Assembly: GCA_964106645.2 (NCBI GenBank)
Contig: OZ067042.1
Length of the DNA stretch: 64,000 bases
From: Podarcis pityusensis
Lineage: Eukaryota
Direction: 5' to 3' (one strand)
A program made the translations under genes and the position numbers. Below, one piece after another: positions 38,163 to 49,676 of the stretch (position 1 is its first letter; each line of letters opens with the position of its first letter). The notes under the pieces are model-generated. The model was not told the origin of the DNA. It ran no database searches and saw only the letters and a list, made by a program, of their open reading frames with translations.

Positions 38163-38206
<44 letters not shown>
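38163..38206. repeat. (TC)n microsatellite
   Basis: Read directly from the sequence. Confidence 0.95.
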
Positions 38207-38211
<5 letters not shown>

Positions 38212-38494
38212 ACTGAACACAGGCAATGTCTCCCTGCTTAGGAAAGTTTCCCCACCCCATAGCTCAGCATTCAAACACGCGCAAAGTGGTATAGTCCGGG
38301 GAAGAATCTCGGCGGTTCTGGTGTTTGTACCGACTGGCCCATTCAAGAGACCAGAATGGGGAAAAGAACTGGGGGACTGGTGAAGGGGAAAAATGGCTTT
38401 GGGGCACGATGTCCCTAGTAGCGACCGCCCCGCTCCCCCAATTAATTTTACATCGCCCGCCGCGATTCTCTCCCTTCTCTTTTCGCCGCGTCAG

Positions 38495-38770
38495 ATCCTG
38501 GTCAGAGTTTTCGGCCGCGCCGCCCTGGAGAGCTACCTGCCCCGCATCCAGAAGGTGGTGTGCTGGGAGCTGCGCGGCTGGTGCCAGCAGCCGGGCCCCG
38601 TCGCCGTCTATTCTTCCGCCAAGACCTTGACCTTCCGCATCGCCGCGCGGATCCTGCTGGGACTCAGCCTGGAGGAGAAGCAGTTCAAGGAGCTGGCTCG
38701 GACCTTTGAGCAGCTGGTGGAGAATCTCTTCTCCTTGCCGCTCAACATCCCCTTCAGCGGGCTGAGGAAG
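38495..38770 (+). CDS. CYP26C1: CYP26C1 coding exon 3
   Basis: tcag|ATC ... AAG|gtaggg; 276 nt; ILVRVFGRAALESYLPRIQ...FEQLVENLFSLPLNIPFSGLRK. Confidence 0.97.
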
Positions 38771-39424
38771 GTAGGGCTGCGTGCGCATGTGTGTGTGTGT
38801 CCCCATCCTCATCGCCATCCAAAGAACCAACTCCGACCATGATCACTTACCCCCATCCGTTCTGAAGTCCCGCTAATGCCACTGATGAGCGCAGAATCCT
38901 AGAACCCCTGGTCTAAAGTGTGTTTATGACTGTATCCCTACCCTTTACATCGGATAGACCTTATTTATTACTATAATTCACATCTTTCTAGGCCGCCTTT
39001 CAAGACTATGGGTATCCCAAGGCGGCTTTCCTCAATACCAAGTATTAAAGTGAGTGAAAGACCCCTTTCTGGCCTATTTGGTGGTCAGAGGTGGGGTGAG
39101 GTTCTGGCTTTGAGCTCTCGGGAGCCCCATCCTCTATTCAGACCAAGCAGCTGGAATAATTTTCTGCTGGAAAGGTATTCTGCACCTGCTCAGAGATGCA
39201 CCTCTTGCGTATTTGTTTGTGTAGGCTATTTTAACCCCCCCTTTCCCCCCCAAGCAGGACGCAATTAAGTTTTATAGCACAAATGAGACAGCAACCAACC
39301 TTTAAAGGCACAAAATCCCAATTAAAACAAAATAACTACCTGCCTATTCTAAAGCCTTTGAAAAGGAAGGGTTTTTTTAAAAAATGGATTTAATATTCAC
39401 CCGCGTTGCAATGTTCAGTTGCAC

Positions 39425-39486
39425 ATTCAGACCTTTCAAACTGAATTTCGCACCGTTCATTCTATATTAGTTTGAAAGGTCTGAAT
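39425..39486. repeat. 18-bp perfect inverted repeat (hairpin)
   Basis: ATTCAGACCTTTCAAACT (39425-39442) and AGTTTGAAAGGTCTGAAT (39469-39486). Confidence 0.9.
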
Positions 39487-40953
39487 TGCCCAAGGTGTCC
39501 AGCTTAAAAGGGACAAACTCCGGCATCTGTCGCATCGTGCTGGAACACTGATCGCAACGCTTAGGGGGCCACCACAAAAAAGGCTCTTTCTGCCTGACAA
39601 GCGGCAGAACCGCAGATTGGTTCTCATTCCCAGATCGGAAAGGTCAGGGGGGAGCGCTGCCTGGACCTGAGCAGAGCCTTGCATTTAGCCCCCAAACGAT
39701 TCGGAACCCAGCGGAGCCCATAAAGAACAGGTGCCAGTTCTAACCTGAGCGACAGGCTACTGGGCAGGCTGAGATCTTTACTGGTCCAGATTCAAAGCCT
39801 GGTCGAAACCACCCGGTTCCTTGCAACCGAGCAGTTTCTGTGGCTTCTGCTCATGACCTTTATTGGCTGTGAAGGGATTTTGGCGGCGCACGTGAACGCG
39901 GGTCGCGCAGTGCCGACCACCTCTCCTCTAAAACGAGGTTCCTTTGAATTCAATGCGTCTTGGTCTCTTTGAATTCACAGGGTCTTACTCCCAGGTAAAC
40001 AGAGATTTATGGCTGCAGCCTAAGGACCCCGTTGAATTCAACAGGACTTACTTCTGAGTAGACCTGCACCAAGTTTCACTGCTCATTGGGGCTTATTTAT
40101 TATTTCCCAGGTCCATAGGATCGCCTAAGGCTCTCTCATCACCCCCCACACCCGAGCGAGTTTCGTAGAAATCCATTGGGTTCTCCCGACAAGTAAAGCA
40201 ATAATCCAAAACAGCATTCTTTGAGTTGGAAGCAAATCCCATTTGAACTCTTTCCTTCGGAGTTAAGACGATCGCATTCGCATTGCACAAAAGGCAGGAA
40301 CAAGTTGCGTCCTGCGGTGTAAAGGCGTCGTCAATGCAGAGTGCCTTTGTACGGTCACGGTGGCTGCCTGGTGGCGGAGGAAAAGGCATTGAGATCTCCT
40401 CGAATATCTTCCCCTTTCTCCTTTTTTTGCTTCCCGAAAGTCGTTCATGCCTGATCCATTTAAACACTGTCTCATCCGTGCTCCCATTGCACCGGCTGCG
40501 ACGCCTTACGATTTAAAGCTTTAAACGATTCCCTTCCTGGTATAATTTGGGATTGTTCACATAAACACACGCAAGTCTAGCGCAAGTTTGGGCCAGGTGT
40601 GGTGCCATTCATCTGGGTTTTTCTTTAGCAACCAGTGGACTTTCAGGATCTCGGATTCCTCCACCCCCACGGCTGGAGTTCCCGGCTTCCTCTTATTGTT
40701 CACCTTTTCAAAATTTGGCAGCTCAGCGGCTGAAGGCTTTGTAGTCCTCGGAATTTCCTTTCTCACTGCACTGATTATGGGTTTCCTTGGGCGGGATTGA
40801 CAGGAACTTTCCCCGTTTCAGCGAAGGAAGAGGATATATTAAGCGCCGCTTCTAATTATAATGAGCTCCTACCTGGAGAAGTACGGTAAAAGATTGCCTG
40901 AACGTTCCAAGCAATAAGCGACTTCTGACTTCTTCGGCCTCCAAAGGGGCTAG

Positions 40954-40955
<2 letters not shown>

Positions 40956-41001
<46 letters not shown>
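40956..41001. repeat. (TG)n microsatellite ~55 nt upstream of the CYP26C1 exon 4 acceptor
   Basis: Read directly from the sequence. Confidence 0.95.
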
Positions 41002-41002
<1 letters not shown>

Positions 41003-41055
41003 TGCGTCTGTGCCTTTCTCCTTAGCCATTGCTGTTTTTTCTCTGAACCCTTCAG

Positions 41056-41211
41056 GGAATAAAGGCCAGGAATCTGCTACACGAGTACATGGAGAAAGCC
41101 ATCTCGGAGAAACTGAAGCAGAAGGATCCTGAGGCTCACAGCGACGCTCTGGATTTCATTATCAACAGTGCCAAGGAGCATGGCAAAGAATTTACCATGC
41201 AGGAGCTGAAG
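41056..41211 (+). CDS. CYP26C1: CYP26C1 coding exon 4
   Basis: ttcag|GGA ... AAG|gtaact; 156 nt; GIKARNLLHEYMEKAISEKLKQKDPEAHSDALDFIINSAKEHGKEFTMQELK (absent from the ORF track, translated by hand). Confidence 0.95.
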
Positions 41212-41992
41212 GTAACTTCCTTTAAGCCGCCTGGAGTGGCCACAGTTGTCCCCTAGCTCACACAACCAAACATGGTCCTTTCCAAAATGACCATGTAAAG
41301 AAGTAATAAAGGTGTAAGTGCCTCTGACCATGTGCAAAGGTCATTTCTGTAGGTGCATCCCACACAGCCTACAAGCAAGACATTATCACAGGACTTCCAA
41401 GCACCTGGTAAGACTCTCTTTCCAAGTTAGTTCCAACCATATTATAGAAATAATAACCACATATGATGAAATAATTATTCCCACTCTGTCTGGCATAATC
41501 TTTGCTCTGCATCTTTTCTGTGGTGTTCAGTTAACTCACATTGACTTTGAACCAGGCATGGATCAGGATCATGCCCATTTGTTAATTATGGTTGTATTAT
41601 GCTTTGCCTTTGGGAAATTTGAAGTGGTTTCTTGGCAGTACACACAAAGCATCCTAGGAATTGTGTTTTTTCACCTTTCACAAAGGTGAAACCCTTGACA
41701 AATTACAGCCTCCAGGATTCTTTGTGAGGGAGAAATGGGTTGCTTAGCTCTAGCACTGTGACAGCATCCTGTTACCTCAAGCTGATGAGTGTCAGTACTG
41801 CACCCAGAAGTCATTGTGGTGACTGCAGTCCTCTCCCACTTGCCACAGGGACAGATGGGTTTCACTGGGTGGGATTGACAGAAGGAGAACTTTCCTAATT
41901 TCAGCTAAGGAAGAGGATATATTGAGTGCTGAATCTGGTGTCTGGAGATCTGATATGGCCTCCTGCACTTATCCTGAATAGAATCCAGGGCT

Positions 41993-42184
41993 TAGGGTTG
42001 CCATATTTCAAAAAGTAAAAACCAGGACACCCCAAGCTTTTTTGACGGCATTTTTGACACAATTTAACCCCCATTGCCAGTTTTCCAGGACATTTGACAG
42101 ATTTCCAAAAAATAATCCAGGACGCAATTTTCGGAGGCAAAATCTGGGACATGTCCTGGAAAATCAGGAGGGATGGCAGCCCTA
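41993..42184. mobile_element. Non-autonomous DNA transposon (hAT-like TIRs)
   Basis: TAGGGTTGCCAT ... ATGGCAGCCCTA terminal inverted repeats with internal CCAGGACA/TGTCCTGG subterminal motifs. Confidence 0.65.
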
Positions 42185-42797
42185 CAAGGCTGGGTGTGGA
42201 GATTTTTGCAGCAAATGGTTTGAAGTGGAGTTTATTTGATTGCTCTACACCAGATCTTGTTCTCCACGTATCATATTGAACTGAATTATTATAAATAGCA
42301 GCCTTCAGCAGAAGCTATTTTTTCTTGAAAATAGGGCCAATTCAGTACAGTCCCAAACACACTTTAGGGGAAGAGGTAAAAAAATCAGTTTCAAAGAAGT
42401 GAGACTTCTTTCTGGGCCTCTGATCACCCATCAGGAACCACATCAATAGGAGTAGTCTTTAAAGGACAGAATACAGTTGGGGATTGTGCTGTTTTTATTT
42501 TAATTTTAAGTCATTCTTGTTTTGACAATTGAAATCGATTGGAATGGTCAGAGTAAGTGTTTCCAGGATCCAAACGATAAACAGAACCACATGAGCTGGT
42601 TGATGGGATTCCATATGACATAAGCAGCTGTCTAAACTAGAAAGGCCTCTTTCCAGACAATGAAGTATGTGCCATGCCATGCTGACTCCGCTGTAATAGG
42701 TGGTGACTTCACTGAAGTCAATGATTACCCATCTGCATGGCTATTTTGGCAAATTGGCTTTGCTAGGATTGTGTGTGAATTGGTCTATTCTGTAAAC

Positions 42798-43065
42798 CAG
42801 AGATGGGGAACCTGCAGCTTCCAGATGTTGTTGGACTCCCATCTTCCCCAGCCAGTGTGTCCAGAGATGCTAGGACAGGCATCCCCAACCTGTGGCCCTC
42901 TATATGTTTTGGCCTACAACTCCCATGATCCCTAGCTAACAGGACCAGTGGTCAGGGATGATGGGAACTGTAGTCCAAAACATCTGGAGGGCCAAAGGTT
43001 GGGAATTCCTGTGATAGGAAGTGTCACCCAGCAACATCTGGAGGGCCACAAGTTCCCCACTTCTG
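42798..43065. mobile_element. Nested palindromic hAT-type MITEs
   Basis: Inner element 42876-43011 (CAGGCATCCCCAACC...GGTTGGGAATTCCTG) flanked by TGCTAGGA/TGATAGGA, inside a related outer element. Confidence 0.75.
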
Positions 43066-43166
43066 TGAGTGCAAAAAGAGATTGATTGGAGCACACATAA
43101 TTTTCATATTTTCTTTTCAGCATAAAGAGAAACTTTTCAACACTTTTCAACATTTGTTGCTTAAAC

Positions 43167-43302
43167 CAGGCTCCCTCAAACTCGGCCCTCCATATGTTTT
43201 TGGCCTACAACTCCCATGATCCCTAGCTAGCAGGACCAGTGGTCAGGGATGATGGGAATTGTAGTCTCAAAACATCTGGAGGGCTGAGTTTGAGGAAGGC
43301 TG
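43167..43302. mobile_element. Palindromic hAT-type MITE
   Basis: CAGGCTCCCTCAAACTC...GAGTTTGAGGAAGGCTG with a perfect 8-bp target-site duplication GCTTAAAC. Confidence 0.85.
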
Positions 43303-44227
43303 GCTTAAACAATGATATAAGAAAGACTGACATGGGGATCTGCTGCCCCTATAGATCCTGTCGCCTGAGGTGGTCAGCTCACCTGGCCTCATGGGTTGTC
43401 TGGCCCTGAACTCAAATTCCCACCAGCCTCAGCCAGGAGGCCAGTGGCCAGGGATTACAGTCATGGATGATGGGAGGTGTAGTCCAACAGTATCCAGAGG
43501 GTCACAGGTTAGACTCTGGATTTAATGGATGGAGAGGGGCTCTTGATTCCGGATTTAATAATCTTATGGAGGTAATGTGCATCCTTAGATGGTACCATCC
43601 TTAGATAGTAACATGCATCAATTCACTTTATTGCTGCTGCTCCCTCCTTCTGCTGAGTGGAGCCCCAAGCCTCTGCCCCAAGGTCCCAGGCCCAGCTGTA
43701 CTACTGCTTGGATGTGTAACAAGTGTGGATTGCACAAGCCTGTAAGGAATGATTCACTGTTGCAATTGGTAGCCCAAGGCAGTTGGGATGAGGAGCCATT
43801 TTTTAATAAGTAATTTAGCCCCTTACTGTAGCTCTGATCATGGGTGTAACTAAGGGGGACAGCTAGATCCTCAAATATTATTATTATTTATTATTTTATT
43901 ATTTCTTTTTTAAAAAATCAACAACTTTGGCTGTCCCACCTCAACAAAAATCCTGGCTATACCCATGGCTTTCACCAAAACTATCACCTCAACAATTTCT
44001 TATGGATGCTCATGTTTTCCAGGCCAGGTTGGAATCAAAAAATGATGTGAGTTTTCTGGTTCCCCACAGCTTGAAAACTCTAACAATGTTATATTTGAAT
44101 TCTAATCACAATGTGTGTACCTGCCTGACTTTGACGCACAAGTGGACTCTGTCTTAAATGGCTTGTGGGTGTCATGCAAAAAAAAAAAAAGGGTATTTAA
44201 TCTCTCTCCCAATGGCTTATCTTGCAG

Positions 44228-44791
44228 GAGTCTGCGATTGAATTGATCTTTGCTGCTTTCTTCACCACTGCCAGTGCTACTACTTCCATGATCCTCCTGT
44301 TGCTGAAACACCCCTTGGTCATAAAAAAGATTCAGCAGGAGCTGGTGTCCCATGATCTCACCGGGCAGTGCCATTGCCTCGCTGCAGGAGATTCTCTGAG
44401 AAACCATCAGTCTTGCCCAGAGACTCTGGTCATCCATGGAAAAGACAACAAAGACAGGGATTCCAATCCACCTCTTCCTCCCAGGCTGGAAGGAGAACTA
44501 GACAGAGAGACAAAGAGGGAAGTCAGAGTCCCTAAGTTGGGTCCCATTGCTACAGCAGCCCAAGGAACTGTCCATGAGACTACAAACTGCCCTTGCTCTG
44601 CAGCCAAACAAGAAGAAGCAAACCAAGTCCTTGGCAAGCTGGAAAGACATGAGCACTATTGTCAGTCTTACTTGACACTGGAGAAGATGAGCCATCTGCG
44701 GTACCTGGATTGCGTCATCAAGGAAGTGCTGCGTTTGCTGCCCCCAGTGTCCGGAGGCTATAGGACAGCCTTACAAACCTTTGAACTGGAT
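44228..44791 (+). CDS. CYP26C1: CYP26C1 coding exon 5 (I-helix, long insertion, K-helix ExxR)
   Basis: ttgcag|GAG ... GAT|gtgagt; 564 nt; [17 protein letters not shown] (I-helix) and [29 protein letters not shown]. Confidence 0.96.
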
Positions 44792-45292
44792 GTGAGTTGT
44801 GGGGCTTGCTGTGTGGGTTGCTTTTGTGGAAGTGCATGGAATTTGGGCTGGGTTGAGTTGGGTTTCACAAGTTTAGTCTGACCACTTCACAGGGGCCATG
44901 GCAGCTACCTTGGGAGCCATGGGAAACACCCTCCTTTCCCAGTGATGCTATGTGTTTATCCTACTTGGGGACAGAAGATGTTGCAAGAAACAACAGGGGC
45001 ACTTGGGGTTCACAAGTTAGAAACCTAATGGCCCCTGGGGTTTGCTGTGGGAAAGTATGATTGATAGAGTGCAGAAACTAGAATTGGGGGGGGGGCAGGG
45101 AAGCATGGGAGAGATACAATGAACAGGAGACCCCGGTAGTGGATAGGTAACTGGGATGGCTTGTGAGAATGAAAGCAGTTGTGAAGAAGGTCCTATTAAG
45201 TTTCAGTGAATAAACCATAGAACCGATTAATGAGACAGGTGCCTCAAGAGATAGACAGCTGGGGATTGGTAGGGTGCAATTGTTCAGGTTTC

Positions 45293-45673
45293 GGGTGGCG
45301 CTGTGGTCTAAAACACTGAGCCTCTTGGGCTTGCCAATCAGAAGGTCGGCGGTTCAAATCCCCATGATGGGGTTCAGCTCCCATTGCTTGGTCCTAGCTC
45401 CTGCCAACCTAGCAGTTCAAAAGCATGCCAAAAGTGCAAGCAGATAAATAGGTACCACTCTGGCAGGAAGGTAAGCGGTGTTTCCGTGCGCTGCTCTGGT
45501 TTTGGTGTTCCGTTGTGCCAGAAGCGGCTTAGTCATGCCGGCCACATGACCCAGAAAAACTGTCTGCGGATAAATGCCGGCTCCCTCGGCCTGTACAGTG
45601 AGATGAGCGCCGCAACCCCAGAGTCGTCTGTGACTGGACTTAACTGTCAGGGGTCCTTTACCTTTACCTTTTA
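45293..45673 (+). mobile_element. Sauria SINE, near full length, in CYP26C1 intron 5
   Basis: GGGTGGCGCTGTGG A box, GGTTCAAATCC B box, GCCAACCTAGCAGTTC body, and (ACCTTT)n tail. Confidence 0.9.
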
Positions 45674-47013
45674 CCAAAATGAATATGGCCACCCTGGATG
45701 TTCATTAGACCAATTAGCAGGATTGCTGCCATTACAAGTATTGCAATTGGAGCATCTATTGTGGAGACTAGTAGTTGGCAATGGAAGCTGTGCTTGGAGA
45801 ATGTTTAAAGATTCATAAGCTGAAGGATTGCTGCAAGTGTGTTCCCCACAAAGTACTTGATTTAACATTAGGGTTAAAAGGGACCTAACTCTCCATAACT
45901 GCAACAAACTCCTCATAGTTATAATTTTCTAGGTGATTTCACCTCAAGCTGTGGCTCACAGAACTACCAAACTGCTCTTTTAATCAGCTCAGATACCATT
46001 TCAAGTAAACTTGATTGAAGGCATGAAAGGGGAAATTGCTCCGTTTACAAAAAACCCCCAAAACATTCATGCCAAAGCAATGACCTCTTGTGCAGGACAT
46101 AGAGTACTAGTCTCATTTATATATTTAAATAAACTCCCAGAAAAGTGTGGGCTCTGGATCAAGCCTCATCTTGTTGTTGTTATAGCATCAAATAGAAGGT
46201 GCCGTCCAGTATGTATTTATTTAGCAAAATGTACATATGACTTGATTGTCACAAAACCTCAAAGCAATAAATAGCACAACATGCTTGTTAAGTTGCTTTT
46301 GGCTGCCTGCATATGTGCTGGTCGGAGAGAAAGTGTGATAATGTGCATCTGAAAGTTGTACACCCCTTGAAAATTAACATAGGCTGTTGACCCATCTAGT
46401 TGGGCCTCAAGCAAAGGTCTTCCCCAGCCCTGCTGCCTGAAATCACTTTTTAGTTATGCCTCACCGATAATGGGAGCTGTCACACTGCATAAGAATTAAA
46501 TTATGTGCCAAATATTGTAAGCATTGCTGCAGAGTAGTCTTTAGGTGCTGTGTCAGCTAGATTTATTCTTGTCTGGCTCTTACACTGTTAGGATTAGCAT
46601 GCTCTCAAGGTGTTGCAAGACCCACACCCTTCATCAAAGATAGAGGTTGATGTGGTGGGGGGAAATTAACAGGTTTTCTGTCAAATATTTGTTGCATACC
46701 CATTTCTATTCGACTGTTAAACGGGATTTTGAATACTTCAGTGTACATTCCCTGAAGTTGTAATTCACACATCACTGAAACCATGGTATTTCTGCACCGC
46801 CCATTATAGGTCTCTTAACATCTTAATAGGCTTGAGCTTCTGCTCAAGGGTAATGGTACGGGGGAGTTGAATTTGTGAGGTTTCCTCAAAGATGGGGGTC
46901 TGTCCTTGTGGATGCTCTAGTATAGAAGTCGCTTCCTTTCTCCTTCCCTTTGCAGGCTGCCCTCTGCAGGCTGCTGTCTCTGGTGCTGATTTTGTTCTGT
47001 CTCCCTCCTGCAG

Positions 47014-47412
47014 GGCTGCCAGATTCCCAAGGGCTGGAGCGTGATGTACAGTATTCGGGACACGCACGAGACCGCCAGCATCTATCAGAGTCCACCAGAC
47101 ATGTTTGACCCCGAGCGGTTTTGGGTGCCACAGGAGGAACGGGAAGAGCACAAAGGAGCTGGCCCCGTCCGCTTTCACTATATCCCCTTTGGTGGGGGAG
47201 TCCGAAATTGCATAGGCAAAGAACTGGCCCAGATGGTCCTCAAGTTGCTTGCTATTGAACTGGTCAGCACAGCCCGCTGGGAGCTGGCCACAGCACACTT
47301 CCCTAAGATGCAAACGGTGCCTATTGTGCACCCGGTGGATGGCTTGCAGCTCTATTTCCATCCTCTGAAGCAGGGAAGAGAAAGCAGCGGAACCAGCAAG
47401 ACAGAGACTTGA
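47014..47412 (+). CDS. CYP26C1: CYP26C1 coding exon 6 (PERF and heme-binding Cys)
   Basis: ctcctgcag|GGC; [20 protein letters not shown]...FDPERF...[15 protein letters not shown] (FxxGxRxCxG); TGA ends at 47412. Confidence 0.97.
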   Translation, partial: GCQIPKGWSVMYSIRDTHETASIYQSPPDMFDPERFWVPQEEREEHKGAGPVRFHYIPFGGGVRNCIGKELAQMVLKLLAIELVSTARWELATAHFPKMQTVPIVHPVDGLQLYFHPLKQGRESSGTSKTET

Positions 47413-49670
47413 GAACCATAAACCTCACACGCAATTCCAGCTGAGGATCGTGGCAGAACATGTTTCCAGGACAAAACATCCGTCCTCTCCCAGTGTAGGT
47501 TTTTTTCAGCTGGTGCAAGCCCATTCCCTGTCTGTTGGTTGTGAGAGGTGAAAGGATGAAGTCCCTGCCTATGGTCCTTAATGGGCTGTGAGTTTCCTAT
47601 TAGCATCCATTCAGAGACATGCATCTTTCTTAGTTGCACTTTTTGTTTTTGTGTGTGTGTGTGTGATGCCACTTTGGGATCTGGTTAGAGAAATCACGGT
47701 CCAAAGTTAGATGTCTCAGAAGGAATCCTAGGAAACATTGTTGTCAGTTTTCTATAAGGAGAAGCAAAGGATGTGTAGGTCAAGTAGGTCTTGTGTAGGT
47801 CAAGTAGAGGGTTTGTTACCTGAGAGTGTTCTGCATTGATAGTAGACCTAACCTGCTCCTGGAAAAGATTCTTCAGAGCTCCTTGCAGCTTAGGATAACA
47901 GCTCCTCTGTTATCACAATGTAGTGGTGGGTCTGTTTCTGATGGAAAGGAAAGTCAATCAACCACTTGCCTGCCAAATAGATCTGCTGTAAGTATATTGC
48001 AAGGCAGGAATGGGAACTGTCACATGAGTGGTGGTGGTAGTGCCTATCAGAGGGCAGGTGAAGGAGAAGATGGTATGTGGATACATATACAGGTCTACTC
48101 AGGTGGAGTTCAATGACACTGACTCCCAGGTTAAGTGTGCCTGGGTTTGCAGCCTGATTCATCTGCCAGACTGCATTGCTATGGGCTGGTCTTAATTTCA
48201 CACCATTTAAAAGTGCAGACTAGTTATGGATTTGGGATGCTAGGCTGTTAGGAGAAATATGGGGAGGATTTCTTAGGTATGGTTTGCATCATTCATAGAT
48301 GTTTTTCGATTTCTTATTTCTTCATACTTCATAGCTGAATGTATGAGCCAACTTCATTGAAAACATTGAGGTGATATATAGATCCTATTTCTGGCATTCT
48401 GACCTGTGATGGCTCCTTGGTAAATTCAAGTCATTAGGCAATGATCATGCACTTAATCAAGCTTCACTTGGTCATTGGTCTGCTCAAGATGCTCTCTAGA
48501 AGCTTACACCAAACTGCCAACAGGGTACAGTTCCCACAATGATGGCACTCTGCCCCCCCCCCAAAACCCCCAGATAAAATAGCAGTGGTTGGGTTTAAAT
48601 TAGTTCCAACTCACAAAGCAACTGGTTTGTAGATTGTGGCTTATGAGTACATACCTTTAATTCTGTACCCCTGTTCATTATAGGCCAATGCTGTGTATTA
48701 TATAAAATCTCTTATTCCTGAGAGGTGTCTCTGAAGTCCAATCTTTTGGCTCAAGAGTGCTTTTAGTGCTCCTCTCCAGCTGATTATGAAAGCACTTCAT
48801 AGAAATGGGAAAAAAATGTGAGTGGGTTATGCTGCTGGTGTGAGCCAAGGAGGAGTGGATAGTGGAATTGTAGAAGCGGTATATGTGGTTAATTTCATCC
48901 TGTGGACAGCTCCCATGCAAATGTCCAAGTGTGTAGGATGCTGCTTTAGTGACATGGGTTGGACAAGATGTCTTGGTAGCTTACAATATTGCAATAGCAT
49001 CTTCCATTTCCGATGGAGATCTGCTTAAAGCTACTGCTAGGAATTGCCATCTCTAGAGGCCCATGGATTGTGGCATTTAGGATGATTTGAGAAGAAGAAA
49101 ACCAGGCTGTTGGCTGTGAATTAGAAACTCAGAAAGAAGATTTTTTTTTTTTTAAGGAAACATGCAGGCGATATGAATCTGTGATGTGCAGGGCTGCAAT
49201 GGGCATTTCTATTACTTGTAGACAGCAAGAAATACTGTCTTGTTAGGGGCTTAGTTCTTGCTGTACACCTGTACACACTTCACATTTCAGGTGGGGGTTA
49301 CTTGATTAAATGCTATTCCATACAAAAACAAAGCAAAGCAAAAAACTGGCATGCCTGATAGAAAGCTAGCCTAGAACGCTTGTTTTTGACATGTCAATTT
49401 TCTGTGCACATGACTTTTTTTGAATTGAGGAACTTTTCATCATGTGGGCTCCCCCTGCCAGCAGTCTGAAGTAGTGCATTCCAGGCACATGTTTGCCACC
49501 TCCTTGAGAACAAGGCCTTCCTTATAAGCAGCACTTCAAAGGTGTCCTTGTAATTCTGTCTTCCCTTAGGATGTATACACCTCAAGTAGCGTAGATGCAT
49601 CAGATGTTGTATAGTGGTGTTGTAGGTTCAACATTGTACTGTGGTGACCACCATGCTGCTACAGACTAGC

Positions 49671-49676
49671 AATAAA
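49671..49676 (+). promoter_or_regulatory. CYP26C1: Candidate CYP26C1 polyadenylation signal
   Basis: First AATAAA I found after the stop codon (~2.26 kb 3' UTR); an ATTAAA also occurs near 49306. Confidence 0.45.

Noticed and set aside
44461-44486. Cryptic acceptor inside CYP26C1 exon 5 (possible exitron)
   Set aside because: No convincing internal donor; direct use would delete the I-helix.
46804-47361. 185-aa minus-strand ORF (likewise 38264-38830)
   Set aside because: Antisense shadows of CYP26C1 exons 6 and 3.
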